Shown: positions 24,201-37,980 of the stretch, piece after piece
Layout of the letters: each line of letters starts with the position of its first letter
Numbering within the stretch: the first letter of the stretch is position 1
Notes under the pieces: model-generated
What the model saw: the letters and a program-made list of their open reading frames with translations, nothing else
Told to the model about the DNA's origin: nothing
Databases searched by the model: none
Source of the DNA: Convolutriloba macropyga
Lineage: Eukaryota
Length of the DNA: 64,000 nt
Assembly (NCBI RefSeq): GCF_964194025.1
Contig: NC_134470.1
Span: forward strand, 13,020,001 to 13,084,000
Direction of reading: 5' to 3'
Made by a program: the position numbers and the translations under genes

Positions 24201-27200
24201 GTAAGGACAGATATTAATTTTTCCCTAACAAAGTGTGGCAATTCTTTTTTGGATCGAGCGCTATTATTTTTGCCATTTAACTTTTACTGAACCCCACCCC
24301 GAACCCCCCCCCCCCCCCCCCCCCCCCCTCGGCAAATGCGCTTATTTTCAAAACATGCGCGTTTTACTTCAGATTACGTCGATTGTCTATTTTTTGTCTA
24401 TTATTTATTGGACAGCTGACTTAAGAGACAGAAACAATTTATTATTGACCTAATCTTTAGTATTTATGAGCAGTTTTGCTCGTAGTGTTGCTGTCTTTGC
24501 TAGACTAATGCTGTACCCAATTTCGAGAACCAAAAGGGGTGAAAATTTGGGGCTTTCTATCAAAAATGAAAATTTAGTAATATCTGTTTCGAAGATTTGT
24601 ACTTTATTAGTGAGAAGCAAAACTTCTGATAGCTTAGTGATAACCGTAAATTATGTTTCATAATTTTAATTTGCATTTTCTGAAAACATAGAATTCGTAC
24701 TAGCGATTCGTTTTGGATGCCTCTAAATTTGTATTCCTGCTGTTCTTTGTGCAATTTCAGACTCGTCGTATTTCATCCTACTAGTTGGACTTTTTTAGTG
24801 ACTACTTTTTGTCTGAAATTTTTCTCCCTGATATTTACTGAGACTGGTATGGAACATTGTGCGTAGCATAGGATGTTCGAAAATACGTCTCAAGGTTGTC
24901 AAAAATTTTATTTTTTGAGGAAAACCTTTTTTGACTATAAATTTTGTGAAGCAGAAATTTGATTTTTTCCAGAGAACATGGAGTGCTATTATGACGATGC
25001 TGAATTTTGATTGGTTGAAAAAGACTTTTGTAAATTTATACAGCACGTTTTTATTCTCTTGAAGACGGATTCAGACAGACGATTCTGCTCAGTACAGTTC
25101 AGTTGCTTACCAGAGTACTTGAATAAAAACTTGTAGCAGAAAAAGAGCGTTTTTACCGAACCCGCGCTCCGAATAGCACTTAGCAAAAACTTGCAATTAA
25201 AAGCCTTTATTAGAAAGGATATTGCTACGATAACTCTGTCTGCGTACAATATGGCACTAGCACCTACATAGCCGCCTCTAAAAAGATAGAAAAGTATAGG
25301 CAACCTACAAAGAGAGTTATCATAGCTATTTTCTTTGATAAAACTGAAGAAATTCGGAATACTCGTCTTTTTATAATTTGAAGAAACATAAAATTCAAGA
25401 AGAGCAATCATTCGCAATTAAAATAGTTTTAAAAACACAGGCAATAGTTTGTGGAATAACTTGCTGCTATCACTTAAGGCGCTAGAAATAGCAAACATTA
25501 AATTGACTGGACAAGATCTTCATGATTAGCATAAAAATCTCACAGAAATCAAAAAGTTGAAATCGCATTTTAAAAAGATTTTCACTTATTAAATTAATTC
25601 TGTTATTTTACTGCAGAAAAATTGCTAAAAAACAAGTAGGCAAGTTTGAAAAGGTTCAGCATGCTTGCGGGAAAATTTACAAGAGAAGCATAGTTTTCCA
25701 CTTTTCCTAGCTTAAGATTACTGGTGACTACTTAACATTTTTTTTGACTGAAATTACTAGTAAACTGAAGGGAATGGGAAAATTTGCGTTTAAAAGTCAA
25801 TTGAAACATCAGGAATAACTATCAGACTGTTTTCTTCCAAAGAATTCATGTTTTCTGTTGTTCAAGTATCAAAGAGTCGGTCATTTTCGCCGGTTTTAAA
25901 TCAAAATGGTTCTTCTAATAGACTGGAGGATGTGGTCTTGGGTTTGATTGAAATGCCAGAAGAAATCTCCAAAAATAATTTTTCAAGAAAAATGTTCGGT
26001 CACTATCTTAATTCAGAAAAGTATGATTAATAATGTTATACTTTTTCTGCTTAATCTAATGGTCTTCGATATACAGGTCTTCTTGTGCGCTGAAAGTAGT
26101 CAGGGAGGTAGCTCAAGAAGTCAGGAAAACAAGGAAAATAATGAAGAAAGTGGATCGATTTTTTTAAGTTTTGCTAAATCTCGAGAGAAATCGTTTTCCA
26201 TAGTTTTTTTTGCACAGCATGAGTGATAGATTTTTGCTTTGATAAGATTGCCAGCATATAAAACCAGGGAAATAAATAAATACACGGCATTTTTTTATTT
26301 TGGTTATTGGAAACTTCATAAATGACAAAAAAGTTACCTTTCTAATGTCAATTGAAACCCGTGAAAGGTATCTGAGAATAATTTTGTTTTCATTAAGTTC
26401 TAATGAGAATTGCATTTTTTTGCTTTTAAACAAATTTTTATAATACAATGTAATTGAGTTCATATATTTTTAGAACAATTTGTATCAATTTTATTAATAT
26501 AAATTACTGCATCCCTTTCAACACCTAAATTGTTCCGATTCCTGTTTTCGTTCCAAATTTTTAAACAGCTCCAATTTTTCATCGTGTGCTGAAATGTATA
26601 GGTTTTTAGAAATCAAAGTAGCCTCCAAGGGCTTCTAAATTATGGTTCTCGTATTTTTCTACGATGCGTAAAAAAGCAAAAGTTTGGCTGAAGAAAAAAC
26701 GCCGGCCTCGCATATATATTTCCCCATTTTGAACATATATGGGAGTTATTAGGGGACGGGCACAATGCCTCAAGATTGAAAATGAGCGGCATATAATCTT
26801 AATTTCAAGGCAAGTGGAAAGTTATATGCTATAATCTTTATTGTTTTCATGTATATGTTAGGAGATAAGTAATGGTCGCGTGAGCTACTTAATGCCTAGA
26901 CACCTGGACTCTTGGGCCTGAGCGCCTGATTTGAAGCACGAGGGGACTAGTATTTAGGTATAACAAAATTAGAGAACCAAAAATGTTAAAATTGGGCAGC
27001 TTGTTGACAATTAAGGTGTCAGAAGAGTTTTCCAATGCGAGGGGGCAGCTAAGTTAACGCAAAGAAACTTCAGCAAATGCCCGGCAAAAGATTAATTGAA
27101 TCTTTCCCGTTTGCGCTCCCAGCCTAGTGGGTGCAGATCATTTGCGACCCCCAAACGCATGTGCCACATTTTTACATAAAATTTACTCTGTAATGGCACA

Positions 27201-27528
27201 TTTGCTGTAGCGCGGGGGGGGGGGGGTTACAAACGGAAAAAAATCCGAATAATTTCATGGAGCACGTGTTCTTCCACCTATGCTTTTCTATTACTTAAAT
27301 GGAGACATAAAACTAATTTAGCTGCTTCATGGTGACTAGTATTTAAGCCCTTGGTTCTCTAAGTTCTGACTGTTGACTTTTCGATATTTGCTGCCACCTT
27401 TGTCAGTTCCTTAATAAACTCATTGGAAAAAATTAAGCTCTCTAATCGCAGTGTTACATGGCAAACTTCCGTTTTGAAGTGTGTTTTCAATAGCATTCCG
27501 ATTGCCGATTGTTTTGAATTTTATGTAG

Positions 27529-27645
27529 TGGTTAAGTGACTCTGCTTGAAGTCACTGAGAACTTCTGGCGTTTATGGAGAACCTCGAAGCGGTTCAAGAT
27601 GTTAAGTCAGAATTTCGAAGTGACTTCTGCAGAGTCACTTAACCA
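27529..27645. mobile_element. Short MITE-like element
   Basis: TIR TGGTTAAGTGACTCTGC / GCAGAGTCACTTAACCA. Confidence 0.65.
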
Positions 27646-27649
27646 TGTT

Positions 27650-27753
27650 TAAAACACGAAACACGCACGTTTTAAAATGACGAAAGTCAACGAAATTCAA
27701 CTTCTGGCTAAGTAGCAACTTCTGGCATTTTAAAATGTGCACGTTAGTGTTTT
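27650..27753. mobile_element. Short imperfect inverted-repeat element adjacent to the previous one
   Basis: TAAAACACGAAACACGCACGTTTTAAAATG versus CATTTTAAAATGTGCACGTTAGTGTTTTAA. Confidence 0.45.
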
Positions 27754-28309
27754 AATTGAATTGACAGAAAATTGAGTTTTTAATTTCTCTCAAACAAAGT
27801 TTGTTGTAATTATTTTAGTCCTGCTCTATTTTTAATGCGACTTTTCGGATCTATTCTGTTTGCCCCCCCCCCCCCCTGCAGCTTAGTGGGCTTATATCTT
27901 TTACTCCCCCCAGGCGCACGTGCTATGTTTTTACATAGTAACGTGCTATATAACAACATATAATTTGTAACTGGGGGCGTAAAAAACACCGGGTGGGGGG
28001 GGGGGGACAAAATTGATCCAATTTTTCGCCTGACGCTATTGACTTTTCGTCCTCAAAAACAAGATAAACAGGAAAAGCTCCGGTAGAGAATTCAGATAAA
28101 AGCTCGACCGCTTTAGGCATACGGCAGTGAGTTGATTCTCATGTGAAATTATTTCAACTTGATCAAAACCGACTATTGGAACGTAACTAAAAACTCTCCT
28201 GAAAAAGAGAGTTTACCTTAAAATTGCGTTTTGAGGGTTTCTTTTGTCAACAAGTGTAACTCCCCATAAAACATGTTTATAGTCTTTCCACCTGTATCAA
28301 CTGTTCTAG

Positions 28310-29093
28310 ATATCCGGAAGCTTCACTGGTTAATCATTCTTGCGAACCAAATGCTGTCTTTGTATTCCGCAACAAACAGCTTTTACTACGTACTTTACGA
28401 CCAATCGCAATTAATGAAGAAGTCTTTGTTTCGTATACTGACCAACTTGTTCCTAAAGACAAGCGTCGACAAATTTTGAAACAGCAATTCAACTTTATTT
28501 GCCAATGCAGCGAATGTGTGAATGAAATACGAGAACAGCTTTTTCACAAAAAGAAATTCGGAACAGAAAGTTTAAAGAATGGTGAATTTTCTTTGACCGA
28601 ATCTGGTTTCCCTGAAGTATCAGTTTTACCCGACTCTACCGAATCAGATTTTTCGAAGATATTAGAAGGAGTTAAAAACATGAACACTGACGACTGCTTT
28701 GACAAGCTTGAAAAGTTGGGATCAAAATATTTCGATACAAATCTTCTTGTTCACGAACTGTTGGTCAAATGTGCTAATATAGCATCACATAAATCGTTTA
28801 AATCAGCCTTGCAGTTTGAGTTGAGGCTTTTGGACAACTTTCAGAAATTTTACCCTGATTATCACCCAATGAAGAGCTTGCAATATACACGCGTGTCAAA
28901 AATTTTCTCATTTTTGGGCAAAGTACGCTCATCTGTCGAATACTTTGAAAAAGCCCTGCGTAACATTGCAGTAACACATGGCTGTGAAAGTGAATTGTAC
29001 AAAGTAATTTCGGAGCAATTCAATCTTGATCAGAGAGAAATTGCTCACTTTGAAGAACAGTCTTTACGAAAGACTGCGTTGACCCAAAAGTAA
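28310..29093 (+). CDS. SMYD-family methyltransferase, exon 3 (SET core, post-SET, TPR-like CTD); spliced protein ~437 aa
   Basis: Acceptor TTCTAG|A restores GYGIYPEASLVNHSCEPNA; EEVFVSY; FICQCSEC; YPDYHP; VTHG. Confidence 0.9.
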
Positions 29094-29519
29094 AAATGGG
29101 TTTTATACGGTTAATTAGAAAAACTTTGGTGTAATTTTTATAATACTTTTGTCGCAAAACCAAACCTTGTTTTTGATTGGTATTAGCTAATGATCATTAT
29201 TCAAACTTTGTTTCTAAAAACTTTCTGATTAATACAATGTATAACTTAAATGTTTAAAATGTTAAATGTTTTTAAATGAGAGAACTAAAAAAAGAACATT
29301 GTTAATTTCCTCTGGTACACATATGTATAAAAAGCAAATGGTAAAAGAGGCAATGTAAAGTTAAGAATATAACATTATGTAAAATTATAAAATCATTAAA
29401 TTACTTAACTAAAAATTTGACCTTACATTATTAAAAAATGGCCTAAAATGCGAGCATAAAATGTTCTCACAATTTTATATGTACATCATGAAGATTAAAA
29501 TCTAATGCTCTCAATGTCA

Positions 29520-30174
29520 TCTTTTATATCAGTTACTTTTGGGTCCTTCAAAAATTCTTTCCAAAAATATTCTTTCAATTCTTTTTTTAAGGAAGCTTTC
29601 GATGTTGTTTTCAGTCTATTATTAGAAGGCAGACTCTTATAAATTGAAATGGCTTGTGCAATAAAAGAATCAGTTAAAAACTTATTGTTCTTTCATATAT
29701 CGAACGTTACTTTTTTTGAACTATCATGTTGTTTTATTCTCATGGTAGAGAGAGGTTCAATTTTATATGCTGGAAGATCGTTGCCGAGTAAGCGAAAAAA
29801 GTATTTTGAGCAATGGTATTTCAAGAGAAAAGAAACTGGTAGTATTTTGTTGCGAAGTTTGAGATCTGTAGACCGATCGTATTTTCTATTAAAAATGGAT
29901 TTTATTCCCCAATTCAGTTGTTTTTCTAAAGTTGTGAGTAATGACTTTTGCAATCCTATCAGAATTAGAGCGGAATAATGTAGATGACTTATTACTATTG
30001 CATTAAGTAATAAGACTTTCGTTTTCTCTGGTAAACTTTTACTTAGTGTATTCAAAACTTTTATTCCACAAGCCATTCTCTGAAGAATCTTTTTCACTTC
30101 TCCATCCAATTTTTGTTTGCTATCAATAATTACGCCAAGATACTTCACACTATTGGATTCTGCTATTCTTTCAT
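29520..30174 (-). mobile_element. LINE ORF2 3' fragment
   Basis: VKYLGVIIDSK and LLLNAIVISHLHY in ORF 29693-30220. Confidence 0.75.
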
Positions 30175-30579
30175 TGTCCCTAACATTTTCCTCGAAAATT
30201 ATCTTGAGTTTTCTTCTCAAAACATGTGCGCAAATAACTTCGCAAGGCTCACAATTGTTTCTTGATTAAATGCTAGCCCCACTCCATTTTTCATAAATTT
30301 ATCGAATTTATCTGAGAACATCCGATTTTTGGAGCGAAATATGTTTTTAGAATTCAACACAGTCTGTTATGAGAATAGCTGATGTCGAAAACTTTATGCT
30401 CATTTTTGTTCATTCGGCTAATGTCCTACTCCTATTACCCATTTTTCATAATTTTGCGGTTTTCCGAAGTTTCGTATCCTTCCAGAATCAAGAAACAATT
30501 GTGAGCTTTGCGGTAGTTATTTGCGCACATGTTTTGAGAAAAAAACTCAAGATAATTTTCGAGGAAAATGTTGGGGACA
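30175..30579. mobile_element. MITE with ~95-bp TIRs abutting the LINE fragment
   Basis: 30175-30268 is the near reverse complement of ~30487-30579; the terminus TGTCCCTAACA resembles the inner TIR at 23131. Confidence 0.75.
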
Positions 30580-30919
30580 GCTTTTTAAGATTTCTTATTT
30601 AAATTTTCTTGTTAGTTATGTCCCAGTTCACAGGAAAAAACTGCTTGGGCATCGACAAATAATTGTTCGTTTGATTATTTTGAAGTTTGCTTGCACAGAC
30701 TAATATTTAATGCTGTATTTAAACCTTAATACTGCCGATGAATTTTAAAGGTAAAATTCTTTCTGCTCCTTGATCTTAAGTTGAAACTTAGTTCTTTTTT
30801 TCAAAGATGTGAGAACAGCGGGATCTACTTGAATCTCATTTGAATTGCAGGTCAGATAACGCTTAAGTTAGTTTTTGTATCATTTTTTTTTATCTGCCTC
30901 TATTTATATTTCAGGATGT

Positions 30920-31177
30920 CAGGACAATTTACCCAATTCCATTTCACCAATTGCCATTATACTCAATGCCATTTTACCCAATGCCAACTTTCCCAATTTA
31001 CCTTATTGCTAAATTTACCAGAACGACTAATTAGCCGACTATATAATTATATGGCCCGTGGGACTTGATATGAAACTATGGGATTAAATTGTCCACTTAA
31101 ATATTTTGTAATCGGATAATTGAACGAGAAGATCGAAGAACGTTAGGTAAATTGGAATTGGGTGAAATGTCGTAACC
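30920..31177. repeat. Inverted-repeat element with short internal subrepeats
   Basis: GACAATTTACCCAATTCCATTTCACC versus GGTAAATTGGAATTGGGTGAAATGTC. Confidence 0.5.
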
Positions 31178-34115
31178 ATATTTCAGTATTTCGTTGACGC
31201 TTAGCTCCTGCAATCAGATGCAATCAGCTCAATTTTTGTACGCCTGGGTTGTTCAGGCTTATTTTCCACATCTGCATCTGCGTATTGTTTTTTTTTCGCT
31301 TTTTTCTCGAGATTTTTTTTGTCATCTGGCAAAATGAACTTTTGCTTGAATCAAAATATTTCTGAAAATATTGTGAGTAGCATAACGAAATTGAAGATGT
31401 GATCAATTAGCTATTTTCTGACTACCTGATCACCAAAAATTTAAATGATAAAGTTAATGTGCCCCTAATTATCATTTTGACTTGATAAAATACTGATTGG
31501 AATTTAGGAAGTGCAACTTTTCTATGTGGTCTTTTGGGATGTAAATACGGCTTTGTGTTACAAGCCGAAAAGAGTTATGGAAAGTGCTGGTAGCAATCCT
31601 GGAGAAACTGTTAATTTGTTTCAAGTGTGCTTACAATTTCAAAGTGACGTTTTGGAAAAGATTGCTCATTTTCACTTTTTTGGTTAATAGTTCTAATGGC
31701 TGTTTCGGAAATGCACTTAAGACATTAATTTAGACGTTAAGACTTAAGACGTTAGGGATTTATTTTTTCAGCATTGGTTGATACAATTATTGTTCCGACC
31801 CCTCTTGAGGGGGGGGGAACTATATACTCAAATGGGTTTTTTTTTGTTCAGTCAATTTTCGCCGATTGATATATTCATCGTAGAGAGTTGAGACTGGTAT
31901 CATTAGAAAGTTCGTCCAGCGGATATGGAATTAAAAAGATTTTAATTTTCGTTTCTACAGGGAGTTATCGAGGTTTAAACTTCTGAGAAAAGCAGAGTGA
32001 AATCACGTGAATTCAAATTTTCCAAAATTTTTGCCTAAATTTTCGTCAATTTTGCTAAAATTTGTTAAAATTTTTAATAGTGTTGTTGATTTTTTTAAAG
32101 ACAAACAATCATTGTTGATTATTCTGATTTAATTTCGGTCAAAAACTCTGGATAAATATTTCAAAATTCAGGCTTTTTCATCCAAAATAGCACGAAATAA
32201 GCTATTTTAGTCCACTTTGAACAAATTTGCCGGCAGTACAACCCCAAACAACACTAATACAATATTTTCAGACTCAGAAGGGGGCTATTCCTACTTCAAC
32301 TTCCACTGAGAGTGCTCTGTAATTAAAACTTTGCCGTTTTTTGCTAACTTTACTCGTTGATTATCAAAAATGCAGAAATTAATTTTGAGTTTTTAACTAA
32401 CAAAATTATCTACATCTACAACTTTCGAACAATCAATTGTTCGTAACGTACAATAAGCATTGGTAGGGCTAGTTTTGGGGCCAATCTTGGACTGTTACAA
32501 TCCAAAAAGAATGAATTCGGATTGTAATCAGTCGGTCTTATTTTTGAAAAAAGAACTTTTTTTAATAATAAAGAACAGAACATATCAAATCAAAGCTCAG
32601 GAGTGATAGGTCCAATTGGCTTCCTAAGCAGCTTCAAGTTAATGCATGTAGTTTTTTACTTGAAAGTTTGTGATCGTTTCGACTTTAAAAAATTTTTAAA
32701 TAAATAATGGCTTAATGAACTTTTCCTCTTTTTTTTTCTTAATTTGGACAATTTGTAGCTTAGTGTCAGCAAAGAAGGAATGCTTCTTCATTCTACTGAT
32801 CTAAAATTTAGTCTCGATTGCGGTTTTAAGCCTGAAGTTATTGTTTTCTGGCTTTGATACTACTAGATTTCAGATTTTTTTTTGTTTTCAGATATTGGCC
32901 AGTTTTTCACGTTTTCTAGTCAGATTACCTTATTATTAACAGTTCACATATCACCTTTTTAGCGTTCAAAATAAAGCACAAGTGAACATATTAAAATCCG
33001 GAAAGATCTAGATTATCGTTTTAACGGCCTCGACCCTTCTTTCTTGAAGAAATTAATTGAATTTTTTGATTTTGTCTTTAACTGTCATTTTTACTTTGTC
33101 GTTTCGGCCGTATGAAATTTCTTGTATAGCGATAGGTTTCACTAGCTTTTCATAGAAGAATAGTTGAGCCGATATTCTGATATTAGTAGATAGCTGATGG
33201 CTTTCATGACTTTAAAAACAATCGTTTTCCAAAACTAAAAAAAAACTTTTTTATTTTCGCAAGTTTGTTCTTGTTATTTTTCTTTTTGTTACCTAATCTA
33301 GTTAATTACAGGTAAAATATGAGATTATGGGTGTTACCGGAAGGTGTCAAAAGGGATTGATGTTCCAAAACCTTTTTTTCTAAGAATGCGTTGTGACCTT
33401 ACTGACTTCAACACCGGTTTTTCACAAAAAAAGTGAATTAATTTGATTTTTGTCATTTTTGGCGTTCTTTTGTAGATGCAAAACCTTTTCTGGATAATTG
33501 CAGGACTTCAAAGGCTTCCTTTTGGATGAATAAATGACCCTTTTTAAATACTGTATTTTGTAATTAATGTCTTTGGATATAATTTTGTTTCGAAAAAAAT
33601 CAAAGTTACATAATTTTGACCTTTTCTCTTATTTGTCTACTTGCTACCTAGTCTCACTAATTAATGGCCACATACTACATTATCGGTGTTTGAAGAAGGC
33701 GCAATCGAATAGATTTTGGGGGCCAAAATATGGCTTGACGGTTTTGACAGCGTTTTCTGGCAATTTTCAATTGAATTTTTGTTTGTTGTTTTTTTGTTGT
33801 TCTTTTTAGCCGCTCAAAAAAATGAATAAGGACAGGTCCTAATGCCCTTCCATAGAAGCATTGGTAATCGCAAACCTTTGGGATATTTTACTTGATTTCT
33901 AATGGTTTTCATTACTTTGAAATTAGTTTTTTTAAAAAAAATAAGCCAATTTTTTAACTTCACTGTTTTTGTTCTTTTTTGTCTAATTGTTACCAAACCT
34001 TTTTATGGACTGGTCCATATCTTTTCTTGTGATTAATAAGTTATTTTGTTTAGTTTTAGGTATATCTGACGGTATGTTGACTTTGTTATTAAATTTTGTT
34101 TTTTAAAACGGACAT

Positions 34116-34781
34116 NNNNNNNNNNNNNNNNNNNNNNNNNNNNNNNNNNNNNNNNNNNNNNNNNNNNNNNNNNNNNNNNNNNNNNNNNNNNNNNNNNNNN
34201 NNNNNNNNNNNNNNNNNNNNNNNNNNNNNNNNNNNNNNNNNNNNNNNNNNNNNNNNNNNNNNNNNNNNNNNNNNNNNNNNNNNNNNNNNNNNNNNNNNNN
34301 NNNNNNNNNNNNNNNNNNNNNNNNNNNNNNNNNNNNNNNNNNNNNNNNNNNNNNNNNNNNNNNNNNNNNNNNNNNNNNNNNNNNNNNNNNNNNNNNNNNN
34401 NNNNNNNNNNNNNNNNNNNNNNNNNNNNNNNNNNNNNNNNNNNNNNNNNNNNNNNNNNNNNNNNNNNNNNNNNNNNNNNNNNNNNNNNNNNNNNNNNNNN
34501 NNNNNNNNNNNNNNNNNNNNNNNNNNNNNNNNNNNNNNNNNNNNNNNNNNNNNNNNNNNNNNNNNNNNNNNNNNNNNNNNNNNNNNNNNNNNNNNNNNNN
34601 NNNNNNNNNNNNNNNNNNNNNNNNNNNNNNNNNNNNNNNNNNNNNNNNNNNNNNNNNNNNNNNNNNNNNNNNNNNNNNNNNNNNNNNNNNNNNNNNNNNN
34701 NNNNNNNNNNNNNNNNNNNNNNNNNNNNNNNNNNNNNNNNNNNNNNNNNNNNNNNNNNNNNNNNNNNNNNNNNNNNNNNNN
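34116..34781. other. Assembly gap
   Basis: Run of N. Confidence 1.
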
Positions 34782-35492
34782 ACTCGCTTTCTTAATATTG
34801 GCATATCGCAGCAATATAATGCTTCAATTTTTACTCCACTGGGTTATTTGCTTTGGAAGCTATCTTATCGATCATACACAATTTTTTTGAAAAATACTTG
34901 GGCTTTTTTGGGTTTTTTGGGATTCCCAAAAAATAATTTTTGGGTTTTTTTATCTGTTCCTCATTTGGTAGACAATTATGCCAAAATTGTGGATAGGTGG
35001 GGTCGGAACCTTATGTGCCATCGCACATTACCGAGCCGCCTTGTTTGTTTTTACTGCCGTCTTTATATACTGGAAACAGATCCTAAATTTCTATCTATAT
35101 GCTATTTTAATTTAGTTTTTGATAATTTTTAAAGATTTTTAAAGATTCTAAGAATTTAAAGATTTGAAGAGTTTTAACATATTTTTCAACACACGAAATG
35201 CTGAAATCATTTTAGTTGTATTAATCATTTTGACTGAGACTGAGAATGGACGTCCAACGATGAAATGAAGTTCTGCTGTTTCATAAATTTGTAGTCGCTC
35301 GAGTGGCGTGTAGATATAAAAATTGTTAATAAAATTATTGAGTAGTGGAAATGATGATACTCAAAAGTTGTTCATTATTGAGTATTGGAACTGATATACG
35401 CAATAGGTGCAACTACGTTAAATATTCTTCTTTTTCTTCTCTTTTATTACTTCTTTTTTACTTCTTTTTAGTAATTTAATTTAAGCTGAGTA

Positions 35493-35908
35493 ATGTCAGA
35501 TGATAAAACCTCTCAAGATCATGACGACCACCACCATCATCATCATGGACATGGTCATGGACATGACGATCCCTCGGTGCTTGCCAGCTTCGAACAGATG
35601 CTGTTACAAAATTTTGAAGTGACCGAAAGCGAAACCAAGAATCTCATAGACTCCCTGGGAATTGAACCAAGTTGGAACATTATGGATGTTGGTTCCGGAA
35701 CCGGTTTGCTGGCTCCGTTGTTCCTCAACAAGATACAAGAAGGATCGGGATCTTTGACACTGCTCGAGCCATCAGATATGTTCACAGGACACATGGAGGG
35801 GCTTGTAGAGAAGCATCAAGGAAAAGTTATTCATAAGAAATCATCAGTGGAAGACAAGAACTACCCGTGTGATGCGAACACGAATGGTTACGATTTGATT
35901 TTTGTGAG
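35493..35908 (+). CDS. Class I SAM-dependent methyltransferase with His-rich N-terminus, exon 1
   Basis: DHDDHHHHHHGHGHGH; motif I IMDVGSGTG; LLEPS; YDLIFVR ending at donor AG|GTTTGG. Confidence 0.85.
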
Positions 35909-36179
35909 GTTTGGTTCCTTGTTGTCAACGGTAATTTAGAACTAATTGCCGAGACTTGTTTTTGAAAAGTTCAATTTTCAATAATCGACAAAATGAGCAA
36001 CTCTACTGCTTAAAATGTTCGCGAGTGCAAACACTTTCTTCTAGATATTGGCACTTTTTTTCAATTTCCCTCTATTTGTTGTCATGTCACTCGGTCTCAA
36101 TAATAGGGGATTTTATCAGCCCTCTAACCCAACAACTTGAGATCCAATTAACTTCTTTAGTTTGCAGCTAATAGTTTTT

Positions 36180-37801
36180 ATGCTCGAACACCATTGTTGA
36201 TATTTTTGTCACTCTCTTTCTCATTATAACTAATAAGGTAGTTTATGATCTTTTTATTGTTAAATTTTATTAGTGTTAAAAGGATTGAAAAGCTTGTAGC
36301 TTTACGCGGTGTTCCAACTGCTTGTAACCAACTTTTGTTCCAACTGTTTGTAAATTGAACTTGAGAACAGAGCCTTTGAGCAAGTGCCAATTTTTATATA
36401 GTTTTTTCGCGTGCGGCTATATGACTTCTTCTTCTATCTTGCTTTTTTTGGTACGAAAATTTTCAAATGTTGACAAATATCTTCTAAGGGTAATTTTTGA
36501 TTTCATCATTGGCAGCTAGAGGTTTATGTGATTTCTTTTCATAAAAAATTGGTGAATTTTTAGAGTTGACCCGTTCTCATGGTTCTTTCCGTCACTCTCT
36601 CCCTTACTCTCAAGGTCTGGACTCATTCGTACTCATAAGGCAAAACCTAAGCTATTTAACGGTTTCCATTGATCTCTAACGTTTTCAGCAACTTTGACTT
36701 GACTTGTTTTCAAAAGTTATCAATGATTTTTGCTTTTTGCACGTTTTTTTAATTCTCGATATGTGATCGTTCAACTCAACTAACAGCAGCTCCGATTAGA
36801 TCTGCGTGGAGTTGTAATTGATGCTTCGAATTTATAGCAATGAATTTTAACAACTTCGACAATACTTGTTTTCAAAAGATCCTTATTTTTTTTTCTTTTG
36901 ACGGTTTCTGGAGTTTTTGTTCGGCTATCATGACAATGTCTCTCCGGCTACCATGACAATGAGTTTCAAATAAATCAATCAAATGTTTGGGATTCATCTT
37001 CAAAGGTTTTAGCATTTTAGACAATTTGATTAAAATTTTGAGCTTTTCCAATTCTGCTGTTTCCTGTAATTGTTGATCTTGTTATCTAGTCTTCTTACTA
37101 ATCACAGCTGTTATTGGTTTTCTGATTCATCAAAAATGAAGCTATTTCTGAGCTTAAGTTGTTAGCTGATGTTTTTAGTTTGAGAGCAGTGACTTTGAGA
37201 GCAATGAAATTCATGAGATTGAATCTGTTGATGTTGGGTTGCTACTGATAGATTAAATTCGTATCGTAGTTCCGGTTTCCACTAAAACCAGGGGTTTTAG
37301 CTTGTATTTCAGCTTGATGTTGTTTTTGTAGGCGGTCTTGCAGGGGGTAGTTGTGTACTGATGAAATTTAATGAAGTTTGGTCGTGATGATTGAGAAGTT
37401 GTAGTGTTTGCTAAGACGTTGGGTACCGTACTGTTTGTCTTGGGTAAATTTACTTCTAGCGGTGTCGCGGGCCGGAATGTCTCTCTAGTGAATTGTTTAC
37501 GTGTTTGTTTCTTTGCAATTGTGTCTGTGGTTTTAGTTCTCCTTTTGGATGATGTAACTGTCGTAGATGAATTTGTTGCACTAGTTGCTTGAGTTGGTAC
37601 TGCTGAAATCTTGATAGCTGAAGGAAAAGTTGTAGATGGGGTAACGTGAGTTGTGGGTTGTACTAGTCTGTCCAGTTGTTTAACTCCAGATTGAGGTTTA
37701 GAAGTTGATTGTGTATTGTATTCGGGCCAACCACTCGAAGGTTCCTTCTGAAAGACTAGTATCAATTCGTTAGGGATTGAAGAAAGTTCCTGAAAGATCA
37801 A
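36180..37801 (-). pseudogene. 3' accessory ORF (ORF-B): Ser/Thr-rich N-terminal part followed by a disrupted, possibly helical region; function unknown
   Basis: ORF 37253-37801 and broken frames down to ~36180; partial second copy at 52324-52968. Confidence 0.45.
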
Positions 37802-37980
37802 GTATTCTCTACTCTTATTCTTTTCTAAGAGTATATTTTTCGAAGTTATTTTGCAAGTATTTTCTTTTTGTTATTTTTTTGTATTCTCTTATAAGGTAAA
37901 TCAGTTGTAAATATGAAGTCAGTCTGTATTGTATGATCATCATATAGTTTGATGATATTAGAGTGATAGAGGAATTAATC

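Noticed and set aside
24235-24453. ORF with a poly-proline run
   Set aside because: Derives from an intronic poly-C tract just after the SMYD exon-2 donor.
34089-34890. Long ORFs spanning the first gap (likewise 62939-63625)
   Set aside because: Artefacts of N runs.
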